DNA from: a virus
Taxonomy: Duplodnaviria > Heunggongvirae > Uroviricota > Caudoviricetes
Length of the DNA stretch: 18,835 nt
Virus record (IMG/VR): IMGVR_UViG_2529292922_000019
Direction: 5' to 3' (one strand)
This document shows positions 8,184-15,619 of this stretch, piece by piece (position 1 is the stretch's first letter; each line of letters begins with the position of its first letter). Position numbers and translations under genes: made by a program. The notes beneath the pieces are model-generated. The model made no database searches, was not told the DNA's origin, and was given only the letters and a program-made list of their open reading frames with translations.

Positions 8184-8223
8184 GTGTTAATTTCTGGTCA
8201 TGAGGTAATTTTCAGGAGGGCTT

Positions 8224-8646
8224 GTGGCAAAAGTTTTTACACAAGAAGAGCGGGAAAAAATTAAAGGGCAGGTTGTTGAACTCGTACGCCAGAGTGGGCG
8301 CGAGACGTTACGACAACTGGAAACTAAAACTGGGGCAACAAGATATCTGATGAGCGTTCTGGCCAGAGAGCTGGTTGCCAGTGGCGATGTATACAACTCT
8401 GGTTACGGGTTATTCCCGTCTGAACAGGCGCGTAAGGACTGGCAAAATGCCCGTAAAAAGCTCTCAAGGGCAAAGCTGAAGAAACCATCTGCGGTTGATC
8501 CGGACCTTATCTGGTCATTACCTGACGGAGAAATACGTCGCTACGACAGGCGTCAGAACATAATCTGTCGCGAGTGCCGGAAGAGCGAAGCTATGCAGCG
8601 CGTACTGGCGTTTTATCAGGGGAATTTTGAGGAGGTGGTGCGGTGA
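8224..8646 (+). CDS. Hypothetical phage protein (140 aa)
   Basis: GTG start preceded by AGGAGG. Follows the replication gene in the same orientation. No recognisable domain. Confidence 0.5.
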   Translation: MAKVFTQEEREKIKGQVVELVRQSGRETLRQLETKTGATRYLMSVLARELVASGDVYNSGYGLFPSEQARKDWQNARKKLSRAKLKKPSAVDPDLIWSLPDGEIRRYDRRQNIICRECRKSEAMQRVLAFYQGNFEEVVR

Positions 8647-8889
8647 GTGAATCAAAATGCCAGGTTAATGGCAACAAGATAGAACCATGTGCAGCACTGG
8701 CAAAGTCCCTTGAGCGTGATGCTGAATACACGATGCGAAAAGGTCTGCTGATATACAAAATCTGAAATGAGAGTTTAACTCGCGGTCCTGATTTTGTGAT
8801 GTTGCGTTCCGGTGAATTTTCTAAATTACCAGTTCGGGTTTCATTTTGTCCGTTCTGTGGTGAAAGTCTGAAAACGTGGGAGAACAGAA

Positions 8890-9201
8890 ATGAATGAAAT
8901 TAAAGAAATACCAGTAGTACGTGATGAATATGGCTGCTGGACGCATCCTGAATATGAAAAATTCTGTGACGGTCGGGAATATATTTCAACGGAAGAGTTT
9001 AACGCCTGGATGGAGGAAAATAATCTTCAATACGTCCTCTGCTTCAGAGATGAAGGATGTGCTGACCTTGATGCGTGTGATGCTGATATTTCTGCATGGG
9101 AACCGGAACGACCAGAGGGCAATGGATGGTTTATTGGTTCAATACATGACACCGAAGATGGCCCGGTTTGTGTATGGCTGAGAAATAAGGTCGAAGCATA
9201 A
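8890..9201 (+). CDS. Hypothetical phage protein (103 aa, Cys/acidic-rich)
   Basis: ATG start with upstream GGGAGAA. Same orientation as the early-right operon. No recognised family. Confidence 0.5.
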   Translation: MNEIKEIPVVRDEYGCWTHPEYEKFCDGREYISTEEFNAWMEENNLQYVLCFRDEGCADLDACDADISAWEPERPEGNGWFIGSIHDTEDGPVCVWLRNKVEA

Positions 9202-9333
9202 AGGCTATAAACCGACTAACAACTAAATACTGAAGATTTAAATCAGAAACGATTTTTATTAAATCCTTAACCGGAGGGATTCCTGCACCCTCAAATCATC
9301 AGGAGGCCGCCCGAAAGGGCGGTGGAGATAATA

Positions 9334-9855
9334 ATGGGAATAACTAAAGAACGATTGTTGGAAATAGCAAACCTTAGTGATTGGGCATTAAGTGATGAGA
9401 GAATTGTTTCTCCTCATGCTTATGAGTCAGTTACAAGTATAGAAATAACAACAATGGCTAGAATGCTGCTTGGTTATTTCAAAATAGAAAATAAAAAACA
9501 GATGGATAGTAATGTTGATATATGTGAGATTTTAGACGATTGGGGGGCTTGGGTTGTGGCTGGTAATAGTTCTATTGATTGGCAGGAAATAGCTGATAAA
9601 TATAAAAATGTTGTTCCTCATGGTAAAAAATCACGTCGTCAGTGCAGCAATGATGAAGGGCGAATTATTGACATTAGTATCCTTAGGTTAGAAAGATATA
9701 AGCAACAAGAATATGAGTTAATTGTTGCTCATTTCGTGATTGGTTTATCTCTTCGTGCTATTGCAAAGCAACAAGGATGTTCAGATGGAACAATTCGTAA
9801 AAGATTGCAAAAAGCCTTAGGTTTTTTGACTGGATATATAGCAATTACCAGTTAA
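9334..9855 (+). CDS. HTH transcriptional regulator with C-terminal sigma-70 region-4/LuxR-like helix-turn-helix (possible late-gene regulator or cargo regulator)
   Basis: ORF 9322..9855; preferred ATG at 9334 with GGAG at 6-nt spacing. C-terminus YELIVAHFVIGLSLRAIAKQQGCSDGTIRKRLQKALGFL is a classic region-4-like HTH. AT-rich codon usage. Stop codon overlaps the stop of the convergent nuclease gene (TTAA 9852..9855). Confidence 0.55.
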   Translation: MGITKERLLEIANLSDWALSDERIVSPHAYESVTSIEITTMARMLLGYFKIENKKQMDSNVDICEILDDWGAWVVAGNSSIDWQEIADKYKNVVPHGKKSRRQCSNDEGRIIDISILRLERYKQQEYELIVAHFVIGLSLRAIAKQQGCSDGTIRKRLQKALGFLTGYIAITS

Positions 9856-10493
9856 GAGTCAGCGGTTTTTTTACCAGTGTAATGGTATAAGGATACTCCC
9901 ATGTGTCTTACATGATATGGAAGCGCTGTTGCTGGATGCTTTGTGATACTCTTAAAGCGGAGGGGAGAGCCTTCCGCTTCAATTTCTGCGTCCGAAACGG
10001 TCGTAGAGAAAAATTCTTTCCATTCATTGAATTTTACTGCTGATTTGTCAGACTTTATATAAATTAGAATTCCTCCATGATCGTCACGTGACGTACCCGT
10101 GCCGTAACGTTCGGTTAGCTGAATCCAGCCATTATGAATAGATTTGGGGCCTCTCCATAATTTTGCTTCACCGATCCATTCGAATTTTCCGAATTGATGT
10201 TTAACTAATAAATCAACGTGACCGCCATGTTGAGTATCATGTTCAACATCATAAAACCTACCTTTCAGGAAATTTTTGATCGACGCTGTTAGCTCGTCCT
10301 CTCCCCACTTAGCATCTTGATAGAAGTGTTTGTCATTTTCTAAATTCTGAATAGCGTCGTCTAAATCTTCATAGAGTTGCTTTACAAAAATATTTTTGTC
10401 TGCAGCTAATTTTCTTTGAACCATTCCCCTAAATTCAGGATCCATTCTAATTAATGATTGAAGGTCTGCAGTACAGATGTTTACATCACTCAT
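9852..10493 (-). CDS. PD-(D/E)xK nuclease-fold protein (about 213 aa), last gene of the AT-rich operon
   Basis: ORF 9852..10556; likely start MSDVN at 10493, overlapping the upstream gene stop by 8 nt (ATGAGTGA). Motif ...DVEHD...GGHVDLLVK-x10-EWIGEAKLW fits the D...(D/E)xK arrangement of restriction-endonuclease-like nucleases. Confidence 0.55.
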   Translation of the reverse strand: MSDVNICTADLQSLIRMDPEFRGMVQRKLAADKNIFVKQLYEDLDDAIQNLENDKHFYQDAKWGEDELTASIKNFLKGRFYDVEHDTQHGGHVDLLVKHQFGKFEWIGEAKLWRGPKSIHNGWIQLTERYGTGTSRDDHGGILIYIKSDKSAVKFNEWKEFFSTTVSDAEIEAEGSPLRFKSITKHPATALPYHVRHMGVSLYHYTGKKTADS

Positions 10494-10914
10494 GCAGACT
10501 CTCCAAAAGACTCGAAGGAGTAAAGTATGGATAAAGATACTGGCTAAAATTATCAACCAATTCGCCAGTTTCTGGATGGTAAAAACTTCCTGTGTCTAAA
10601 GCATAGGAAATAAGATCATCTTCAACTGGTATTGGTTCTTCCGTTAAATTATCAATGTATTGAAAATGCATATCCAATAGATGTGCTTTATAGCTAGATA
10701 AATAATCAGTTGCTTTTATTAGCAGGATATAGTCATCTTTCGTATCAGTTAGATAGGTTAAACCATTGATAAGGGTTTTGTATGTAAAGTGATTGATATT
10801 TTTAGCATCTTTACTAACCAGAAAAAGAAAAAGATCACGACACACACTGCGAACAGGATCATTAAAATCCTGCTCTATTTGCGTGATAATGTCGTGATAT
10901 ATACTCTTTTTCAT
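10486..10914 (-). CDS. Hypothetical acidic protein (142 aa), middle gene of the AT-rich operon
   Basis: ATG at 10914 overlaps the upstream frame stop as ATGA. C-terminus overlaps the downstream nuclease start. Acidic, Tyr-rich, no recognised domain. Confidence 0.5.
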   Translation of the reverse strand: MKKSIYHDIITQIEQDFNDPVRSVCRDLFLFLVSKDAKNINHFTYKTLINGLTYLTDTKDDYILLIKATDYLSSYKAHLLDMHFQYIDNLTEEPIPVEDDLISYALDTGSFYHPETGELVDNFSQYLYPYFTPSSLLESLHE

Positions 10915-11201
10915 TTATGGCCTGATGATCTCGCTCTTCTTTTCTCTTCACAGGACTTAACAGAATCCAATATTTTTTCAACAATAAATATAATCGAATC
11001 AATGTTGTTACAGTTCTTCGCAATTGCTTCATGCAACCTAATTCTAGGATTATCAAGCATTGTCCTTTTTCCTGGTAATATTAACTCTACTGATAAAATA
11101 TGTGAAGAACTTTGTGGTAAATCCCAAATTTTTCCCAACTTAAACTTTGTCAATATTGGGCTTGCGGACTCTCCACTATGATGGTAAACATCTTGACGCA
11201 A
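10911..11201 (-). CDS. Hypothetical ORF; probably the C-terminal continuation of the upstream 222-aa gene rather than an independent gene
   Basis: The reading frame is open from 11363 down to 10911 with no ATG or SD (first candidate start is TTG at 11201). It overlaps the stop of the upstream gene, whose frame differs by one base at an A6 run (T6 on + strand, 11352..11357). Confidence 0.35.
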   Translation of the reverse strand: MRQDVYHHSGESASPILTKFKLGKIWDLPQSSSHILSVELILPGKRTMLDNPRIRLHEAIAKNCNNIDSIIFIVEKILDSVKSCEEKRRARSSGHK

Positions 11202-11332
11202 ACACTTTTGACTTGGTTTGAGTTTTAAAGAACTTGTATTGCCATCTGAGGTGATAAAAGATACATGAGAAATTCTGCCATCTACTTTTTCGTAAAGATC
11301 TTGTATTGAACCAAATAATTCAAGAGGATTGT

Positions 11333-12001
11333 TTAAAATAACGCCAGCTTCTTTTTTATAAATTTAGCCACAAGGTATTGTTGAGGCTGTGATTCACTTC
11401 TTGGAAGGATAGATAAATCAATCGTAAGAATTAATATTTTTTCTGCAGGCATTAGCATGATGGTATTAAAGCATTGCGTGACTTGGCGTGTTTTGCATTT
11501 TATTTCTCCACCATTAGCACGTAATTCCATACCCGCATCGCTAAGATGTGTTGGGTCAAGCTCTATCACTTCAGTGTAATACGCTTTGGATAAAAAAACA
11601 GCAGTGTCAATTTGTTTATCACGAATGATATCTTGACGTAGTTCAGCAAAATGCAGCTCAGTATCAGCAACTAACAGCTCCTCTCTGGATAAAGGAATTG
11701 GGTATTTTTCTGAGAAGGGGCTATTGTCCTTTTTCTGATTTGTGAAAATTGTTTGTAATTTTGCTACGTCTTCATCGGTGATTCTATAAATAGAAAGTAA
11801 TCGATTCCCGCTAAAAATTAAACCTTTCCAGAAATCGTCGATTCTGTCTTTTAGGTCGGGATTATGCTGAACTACACTATTTACACGTTCAATAAAAAGG
11901 GGTAATCCTTGGGCCGTTACACCCAGTGATGAACCAAGAAGCTTACGGGTGTTGCGCCAGCCAAAGCGTGAATTGATGTTTTTTACTGTTTGCTCAAGCA
12001 T
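11333..12001 (-). CDS. Hypothetical protein (222 aa), first gene of the AT-rich operon; possible HEPN-like Rx6H motif
   Basis: ATG at 12001 preceded by AAGGAAG (the ORF-track GTG at 12007 is less likely). Contains ERVNSVVQH (R-x6-H). AT-rich. If the homopolymer at 11352..11357 is corrected it would extend to about 365 aa. Confidence 0.5.
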   Translation of the reverse strand: MLEQTVKNINSRFGWRNTRKLLGSSLGVTAQGLPLFIERVNSVVQHNPDLKDRIDDFWKGLIFSGNRLLSIYRITDEDVAKLQTIFTNQKKDNSPFSEKYPIPLSREELLVADTELHFAELRQDIIRDKQIDTAVFLSKAYYTEVIELDPTHLSDAGMELRANGGEIKCKTRQVTQCFNTIMLMPAEKILILTIDLSILPRSESQPQQYLVAKFIKKKLALF

Positions 12002-12347
12002 TAACACTTCCTTAATTTTCCCTTAACAATTTAGGGTGCTAAACTTTTTTGCGCAGTTTACATAAAAAAATAGTGCGTACGCAAAAACTATCTAACATGA
12101 TGAGCTTTAACCGGGAAATTTGTATATGTTGTGAGCATAAAGTTGGCTGAGAAATCTAAAACGGGTAGAATGACTGCGGGTGCTTGAGGCTATCTGTCTC
12201 AGGCATGAACACCAAAAGGCAGATAGAGAAAAGCCCCAGTTAACATTACGCGTCCGGCAAGACGCTTAACATTAATCTGAGGCCATATCTATGCTCTACA
12301 CACGTAGGTTAGCCTCTTACGTGCCGAAAGGCAAGGAGAAGCAGGCT

Positions 12348-12503
12348 ATGAAGCAGCAAAAGGCGATGTTAATCGCCCTGATCGTCATCTGTTTAACCGT
12401 CATAATGACGGCACTGGTAACGAGGAAAGACCTCTGCGAGGTACGAATCCGAACCGGCCAGACGGAGGTCGCTGTCTTCACAGCTTACGAACCTGAGGAG
12501 TAA
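12348..12503 (+). CDS. hokD: Hok/Gef-family type I toxin (51 aa), HokD/RelF-like
   Basis: MKQQKAMLIALIVICLTVIMTALVTRKDLCEVRIRTGQTEVAVFTAYEPEE, near-identical to remembered HokD. AAGGAG SD upstream. An in-frame upstream ATG at 12291 gives a 70-aa extended ORF. Confidence 0.85.
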   Translation: MKQQKAMLIALIVICLTVIMTALVTRKDLCEVRIRTGQTEVAVFTAYEPEE

Positions 12504-12571
12504 GAGACCAGGCGGGGGAGAATCCCTCGCCACCTCTGATGTGTCAGGCATCCTCAACGCACCCGCACTTA

Positions 12572-12596
12572 ACCCGCTTCGGCGGGTTTTGTTTTT
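12572..12596 (+). terminator. Rho-independent terminator downstream of hok
   Basis: Hairpin CCCGC-TTCG-GCGGG (12573..12586) followed by TTTTGTTTTT. Confidence 0.55.
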
Positions 12597-12668
12597 CCTG
12601 GCATTCTGGTTTACAATTCGCACGCCAGCCTGAACAACTGGCACCTGCTGCGCCAGCAGAGACAACCG

Positions 12669-12947
12669 ATGGCGCACGATACCAAATTACACAATTCTGA
12701 TGATTCTGCCGTCTTTGCCAGCAGGCACGGGCGGCGTTCCCGCACTTTCAAATCTGACTGGTTCCAGCATCCCCCATGCACTGAAGAACAGGCCGAGTGG
12801 CTAATTCAGTGCTACCGCAGACACGGATACGAGATTAAGAAAGCCCTCAGCCTCGATTATCGTCACTGGATAATCTCCGTCAGGCTTCCTTACTCCGAAC
12901 GACCACCGCGTCCGTCCCGCACATTCCAGCAACGCATCTGGAGGTAA
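12669..12947 (+). CDS. Hypothetical protein (92 aa) in the position occupied by rem in Qin
   Basis: ORF with ATG start immediately upstream of the DUF968 gene. Identity with Rem not verifiable from memory. Confidence 0.45.
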   Translation: MAHDTKLHNSDDSAVFASRHGRRSRTFKSDWFQHPPCTEEQAEWLIQCYRRHGYEIKKALSLDYRHWIISVRLPYSERPPRPSRTFQQRIWR

Positions 12948-12948
12948 C

Positions 12949-13998
12949 GTGCGGGTATTACTTCGACCTGTTCTGGTACCGGAACTCGGGCTGGTGATCG
13001 TTAAGCCGGGCCGTGAATCCATGCCGGTATTCCACAATACCCGGGTACTGGTGGAGCCGGAACCGAAAAGCATGCGTAATCTGCCGTCCGGGGTCGTTCC
13101 TGCCGTTCGCCAGCCGCTGGCGGAGGATAAATCATTACTGCCATTTTTCAGCGACGAACGAGTGATTCGTGCTGCTGGTGGCGCTGGCGCATTGTCTGAC
13201 TGGTTACTGCGCCATGTTAAATCCTGCCAGTGGCCACACGGTGATTATCACCACAGTGAAACCGTCATTCACCGTTATGGTACCGGCGCAATGGTGTTGT
13301 GCTGGCACTGCGACAACCAGCTGCGCGACCAGACCTCCGAATCACTCGGGCAACTTGCTCACCAAAACCTGTCAGCATGGATGATTGACGTCATACGCCA
13401 TGCAATGAATGGCTCGCAGGAACGGGAATTATCGCTGGCTGAATTATCCTGGTGGGCGGTCCGCAATCAGGTGGCGGACGCGCTACCGGAAGCGGTATTA
13501 CGTCGTTCGCTGGGGTTGCGTGCGGAAAAAATCCGCTCAATGTACCGTGAAAGCGACATCGTACCGGGAGAGCAGACCGCCACCAGCATACTGAAACAGC
13601 GCACAAAAAATCTTGCGCCGCTGCCTCACGCCCACCAGCAACAGAACCCACCACAGGAAAAGACGGTGGTCAGCATTGCCGTTGATCCTGAGTCTCCGGA
13701 ATCTTTCATGAAACGACCTAAACGTCGCCGCTGGGTTAACGAGAAATACACACGCTGGGTGAAGACACAGCCGTGTGCGTGTTGTGGTAAGCCAGCCGAC
13801 GATCCCCATCACCTGATTGGTCATGGTCAGGGCGGAATGGGGACAAAATCTCACGATATTTTCACGCTACCGCTGTGTCGGGAGCATCACAACGAGCTTC
13901 ATGCGGATCCGCTGACGTTCGAAGAAAAGCATGGTTCTCAGGTTGATTTAATTTTTCGTTTTCTTGATCACGCCTTTGCAACTGGCGTGCTTGGGTAA
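12949..13998 (+). CDS. ydfU: DUF968 / YdfU-like protein with C-terminal Cys/His (HNH-like) motif
   Basis: 349-aa ORF, GTG start after GGAGG. C-terminal CACCGKPADDPHHLIGHGQGG...LCREHHNELH. Same length and gene context as remembered Qin YdfU. Confidence 0.6.
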   Translation: MRVLLRPVLVPELGLVIVKPGRESMPVFHNTRVLVEPEPKSMRNLPSGVVPAVRQPLAEDKSLLPFFSDERVIRAAGGAGALSDWLLRHVKSCQWPHGDYHHSETVIHRYGTGAMVLCWHCDNQLRDQTSESLGQLAHQNLSAWMIDVIRHAMNGSQERELSLAELSWWAVRNQVADALPEAVLRRSLGLRAEKIRSMYRESDIVPGEQTATSILKQRTKNLAPLPHAHQQQNPPQEKTVVSIAVDPESPESFMKRPKRRRWVNEKYTRWVKTQPCACCGKPADDPHHLIGHGQGGMGTKSHDIFTLPLCREHHNELHADPLTFEEKHGSQVDLIFRFLDHAFATGVLG

Positions 13999-14010
13999 AA
14001 GAGGTGACTG

Positions 14011-14370
14011 ATGCTCATAGATTTGGTTTTACCTTACCCGCCGACGGTGAACACTTACTGGCGACGCCGTGGCAGCACATATTTTGTATCAAAAGTCGGT
14101 GAGCGTTATCGCCGTGATGTGGCGCTTATTGTTCGCCAGCAGCAACTGAAATTAAACCTGTCCGGAAGGCCGGCAATAGAAATTATTGCAGAGCCACCGG
14201 ATAAGCGCCGTCGTGACCTGGACAATATCCTGAAGGCACCACTGGATGTACTGACGCATGCGGGGCTGCTCATAGACGACGAGCAGTTTGATGAAATTAA
14301 TATTGTGCGCGGTCAGCTTGTTCCTGGTGGGCGGTTGGGGATAAAAATCACAGAACTGGAGTATGCATGA
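14011..14370 (+). CDS. rusA: RusA Holliday-junction resolvase
   Basis: 119-aa ORF with GAGG SD. Motif PPDKRRRDLDNILKAPLDVLTHAGLLIDDEQ and overall pattern match remembered RusA. Typical position just upstream of Q. Confidence 0.85.
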   Translation: MLIDLVLPYPPTVNTYWRRRGSTYFVSKVGERYRRDVALIVRQQQLKLNLSGRPAIEIIAEPPDKRRRDLDNILKAPLDVLTHAGLLIDDEQFDEINIVRGQLVPGGRLGIKITELEYA

Positions 14371-15056
14371 ATAACCAGTATTTACAGTTTGTTCGTGAGC
14401 AACTCATGATTGCCACCGCCGATTTGAGTGGATCAACAAAAGGGCAGCTTGAGGCCTGGCAGGAGAATGCCATGTTTGATACAGGGCGTTACAGGCGTAA
14501 AAAAATCCGGTACCGCGATGAAGTGACTGGAAAAATGATAACGCGGGATAATCCACCAATCCCGGGAAAGCAATCGCTGGCGAAGGGGGCGTCAATTCCT
14601 CTCGTCAGTCCGGTTGAGTTTTTGACATCATCGTGGCGGCGGGCTGTTCTGTCTCTTGAAGAACATCATAAAGCCTGGTTGTTGTGGTGTTACAGCGGGA
14701 GTATTTGTTGGGAATATCAGATCGCGATAACACAGTGGGCGTGGAATGAATTTAATACTCAATCCGGTACCAGAAAAATTGCTGGGAAAACGCAGGAACG
14801 CCAGAAAAAATTAATCTGGCTGGCGGCGCAGGCAGTAAAAGCAGAACTTTTTGGTGGGGAAGGTTATGAATATCAGGAGCTGGCATTACTGGCGGGAGTG
14901 ACAACTAAAAACTGGTCCAAAACATTTACTCGTCACTGGGTTGCAATGAAACACATTTTTCACCGACTGGATAGTGAGGCTTTATTATTTGTAATGAGAA
15001 CACGTTCAAAACAAAAGGCGGCATTTTCAAAGCAAAGTGTTGCAAAAGTAGATTGA
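14367..15056 (+). CDS. Putative late antiterminator Q-like protein
   Basis: 229-aa ORF overlapping the rusA stop (ATGA). Position between rusA and a terminator/tRNA cluster is the canonical Q slot. Family assignment by context, not by motif. Confidence 0.55.
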   Translation: MNNQYLQFVREQLMIATADLSGSTKGQLEAWQENAMFDTGRYRRKKIRYRDEVTGKMITRDNPPIPGKQSLAKGASIPLVSPVEFLTSSWRRAVLSLEEHHKAWLLWCYSGSICWEYQIAITQWAWNEFNTQSGTRKIAGKTQERQKKLIWLAAQAVKAELFGGEGYEYQELALLAGVTTKNWSKTFTRHWVAMKHIFHRLDSEALLFVMRTRSKQKAAFSKQSVAKVD

Positions 15057-15104
15057 AAGGCATATATTTCATGCAAATCTGATATTTTGCCGATTTTGTA
15101 CGTG

Positions 15105-15137
15105 ATGGCAAAATCAAACAAAACCCGCCCACAAGCG
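15105..15137 (+). terminator. Rho-independent terminator after the Q-like gene
   Basis: Stem CCCGC (15114..15118) / GCGGG (15125..15129) with 6-nt loop, followed by T7 and preceded by an A-run (potentially bidirectional). Confidence 0.6.
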
Positions 15138-15213
15138 GGTTTTTTTGTGCCACTTATCTCGGATAGACATGGTGAATGCGCTGGTGGAGGAGATAAGGGT
15201 GATTTTTGTATGC

Positions 15214-15242
15214 TTGCAACATTGATTTCGTAACGTTATTAT
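15214..15242 (+). promoter_or_regulatory. Sigma-70-type promoter upstream of the tRNA cluster (possible pR'-like late promoter)
   Basis: -35 TTGCAA (15214..15219), 17-bp spacer, -10 TATTAT (15237..15242), about 10 nt before the first tRNA. Confidence 0.45.
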
Positions 15243-15251
15243 CCTGCGCCC

Positions 15252-15327
15252 GGCCCTTTAGCTCAGTGGTGAGAGCGAGCGACTCATAATCGCCAGGTCG
15301 CTGGTTCAAATCCAGCAAGGGCCACCA
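15252..15327 (+). tRNA. tRNA-Ile2 (anticodon CAU, lysidine type), ileX/ileZ-like, CCA encoded
   Basis: Cloverleaf folds by hand: acceptor GGCCCTT/AAGGGCC, anticodon loop CTCATAA, T-loop TTCAAAT. Near-identical to remembered E. coli ileX. Confidence 0.85.
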
Positions 15328-15328
15328 A

Positions 15329-15404
15329 CCGCCACTAGCCATCAGGAAAGAGCGTCAACCCTTTAAGTTGAGTGTGCGAGGTTCGAGTCCCCGGTGGTGG
15401 TCCA
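15329..15404 (+). tRNA. Atypical tRNA-like gene (anticodon loop CCTTTAA; weak D-stem); possibly a degenerate Arg/Lys-type tRNA
   Basis: Acceptor CCGCCAC/GTGGTGG, anticodon stem TCAAC/GTTGA, T-arm GTTCGAGTC, CCA encoded. Position 33 is C rather than U and the D-stem has only two clean pairs. Confidence 0.45.
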
Positions 15405-15417
15405 TTATCGGTATTCT

Positions 15418-15491
15418 GCGTTGTTAGCTCAGCAGGACAGAGCAATTGCCTTCTAAGCAATCGGTCACTGGTTCGACTCCAGTACAACGCG
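15418..15491 (+). tRNA. tRNA-Arg (anticodon UCU), argU/argN-like; no encoded CCA
   Basis: Acceptor GCGTTGT/ACAACGC, D-stem GCTC/GAGC, anticodon stem ATTGC/GCAAT with loop CTTCTAA, T-arm ACTGG-TTCGACT-CCAGT. Confidence 0.8.
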
Positions 15492-15507
15492 CTACACTTA
15501 TTTTCCC

Positions 15508-15533
15508 GGCTCGCTTTTGCGGGCCTTTTTTTT
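15508..15533 (+). terminator. Rho-independent terminator after the tRNA cluster
   Basis: Stem GGCTCGC (15508..15514) / GCGGGCC (15519..15525) with TTTT loop, followed by T8. Confidence 0.6.
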
Positions 15534-15619
15534 AAATGTCTCACAATTCAGACGGTTGACAGTTGTCTGTTTTGCGGGGAGTTTGTTAAGTAAGCGACTC
15601 GTCAGAACCGTATTGATAT

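Noticed and set aside
12393-12677. 94-aa - strand ORF antisense to hok and its terminator
   Set aside because: Overlaps a confidently identified toxin gene. Any function on this strand is more likely an antisense RNA than a protein.
15061-15105. A pR'-like promoter between the Q-like gene and the first terminator
   Set aside because: No convincing -35/-10 pair with 16-18 bp spacing could be found by eye; the better promoter candidate is at 15214..15242.
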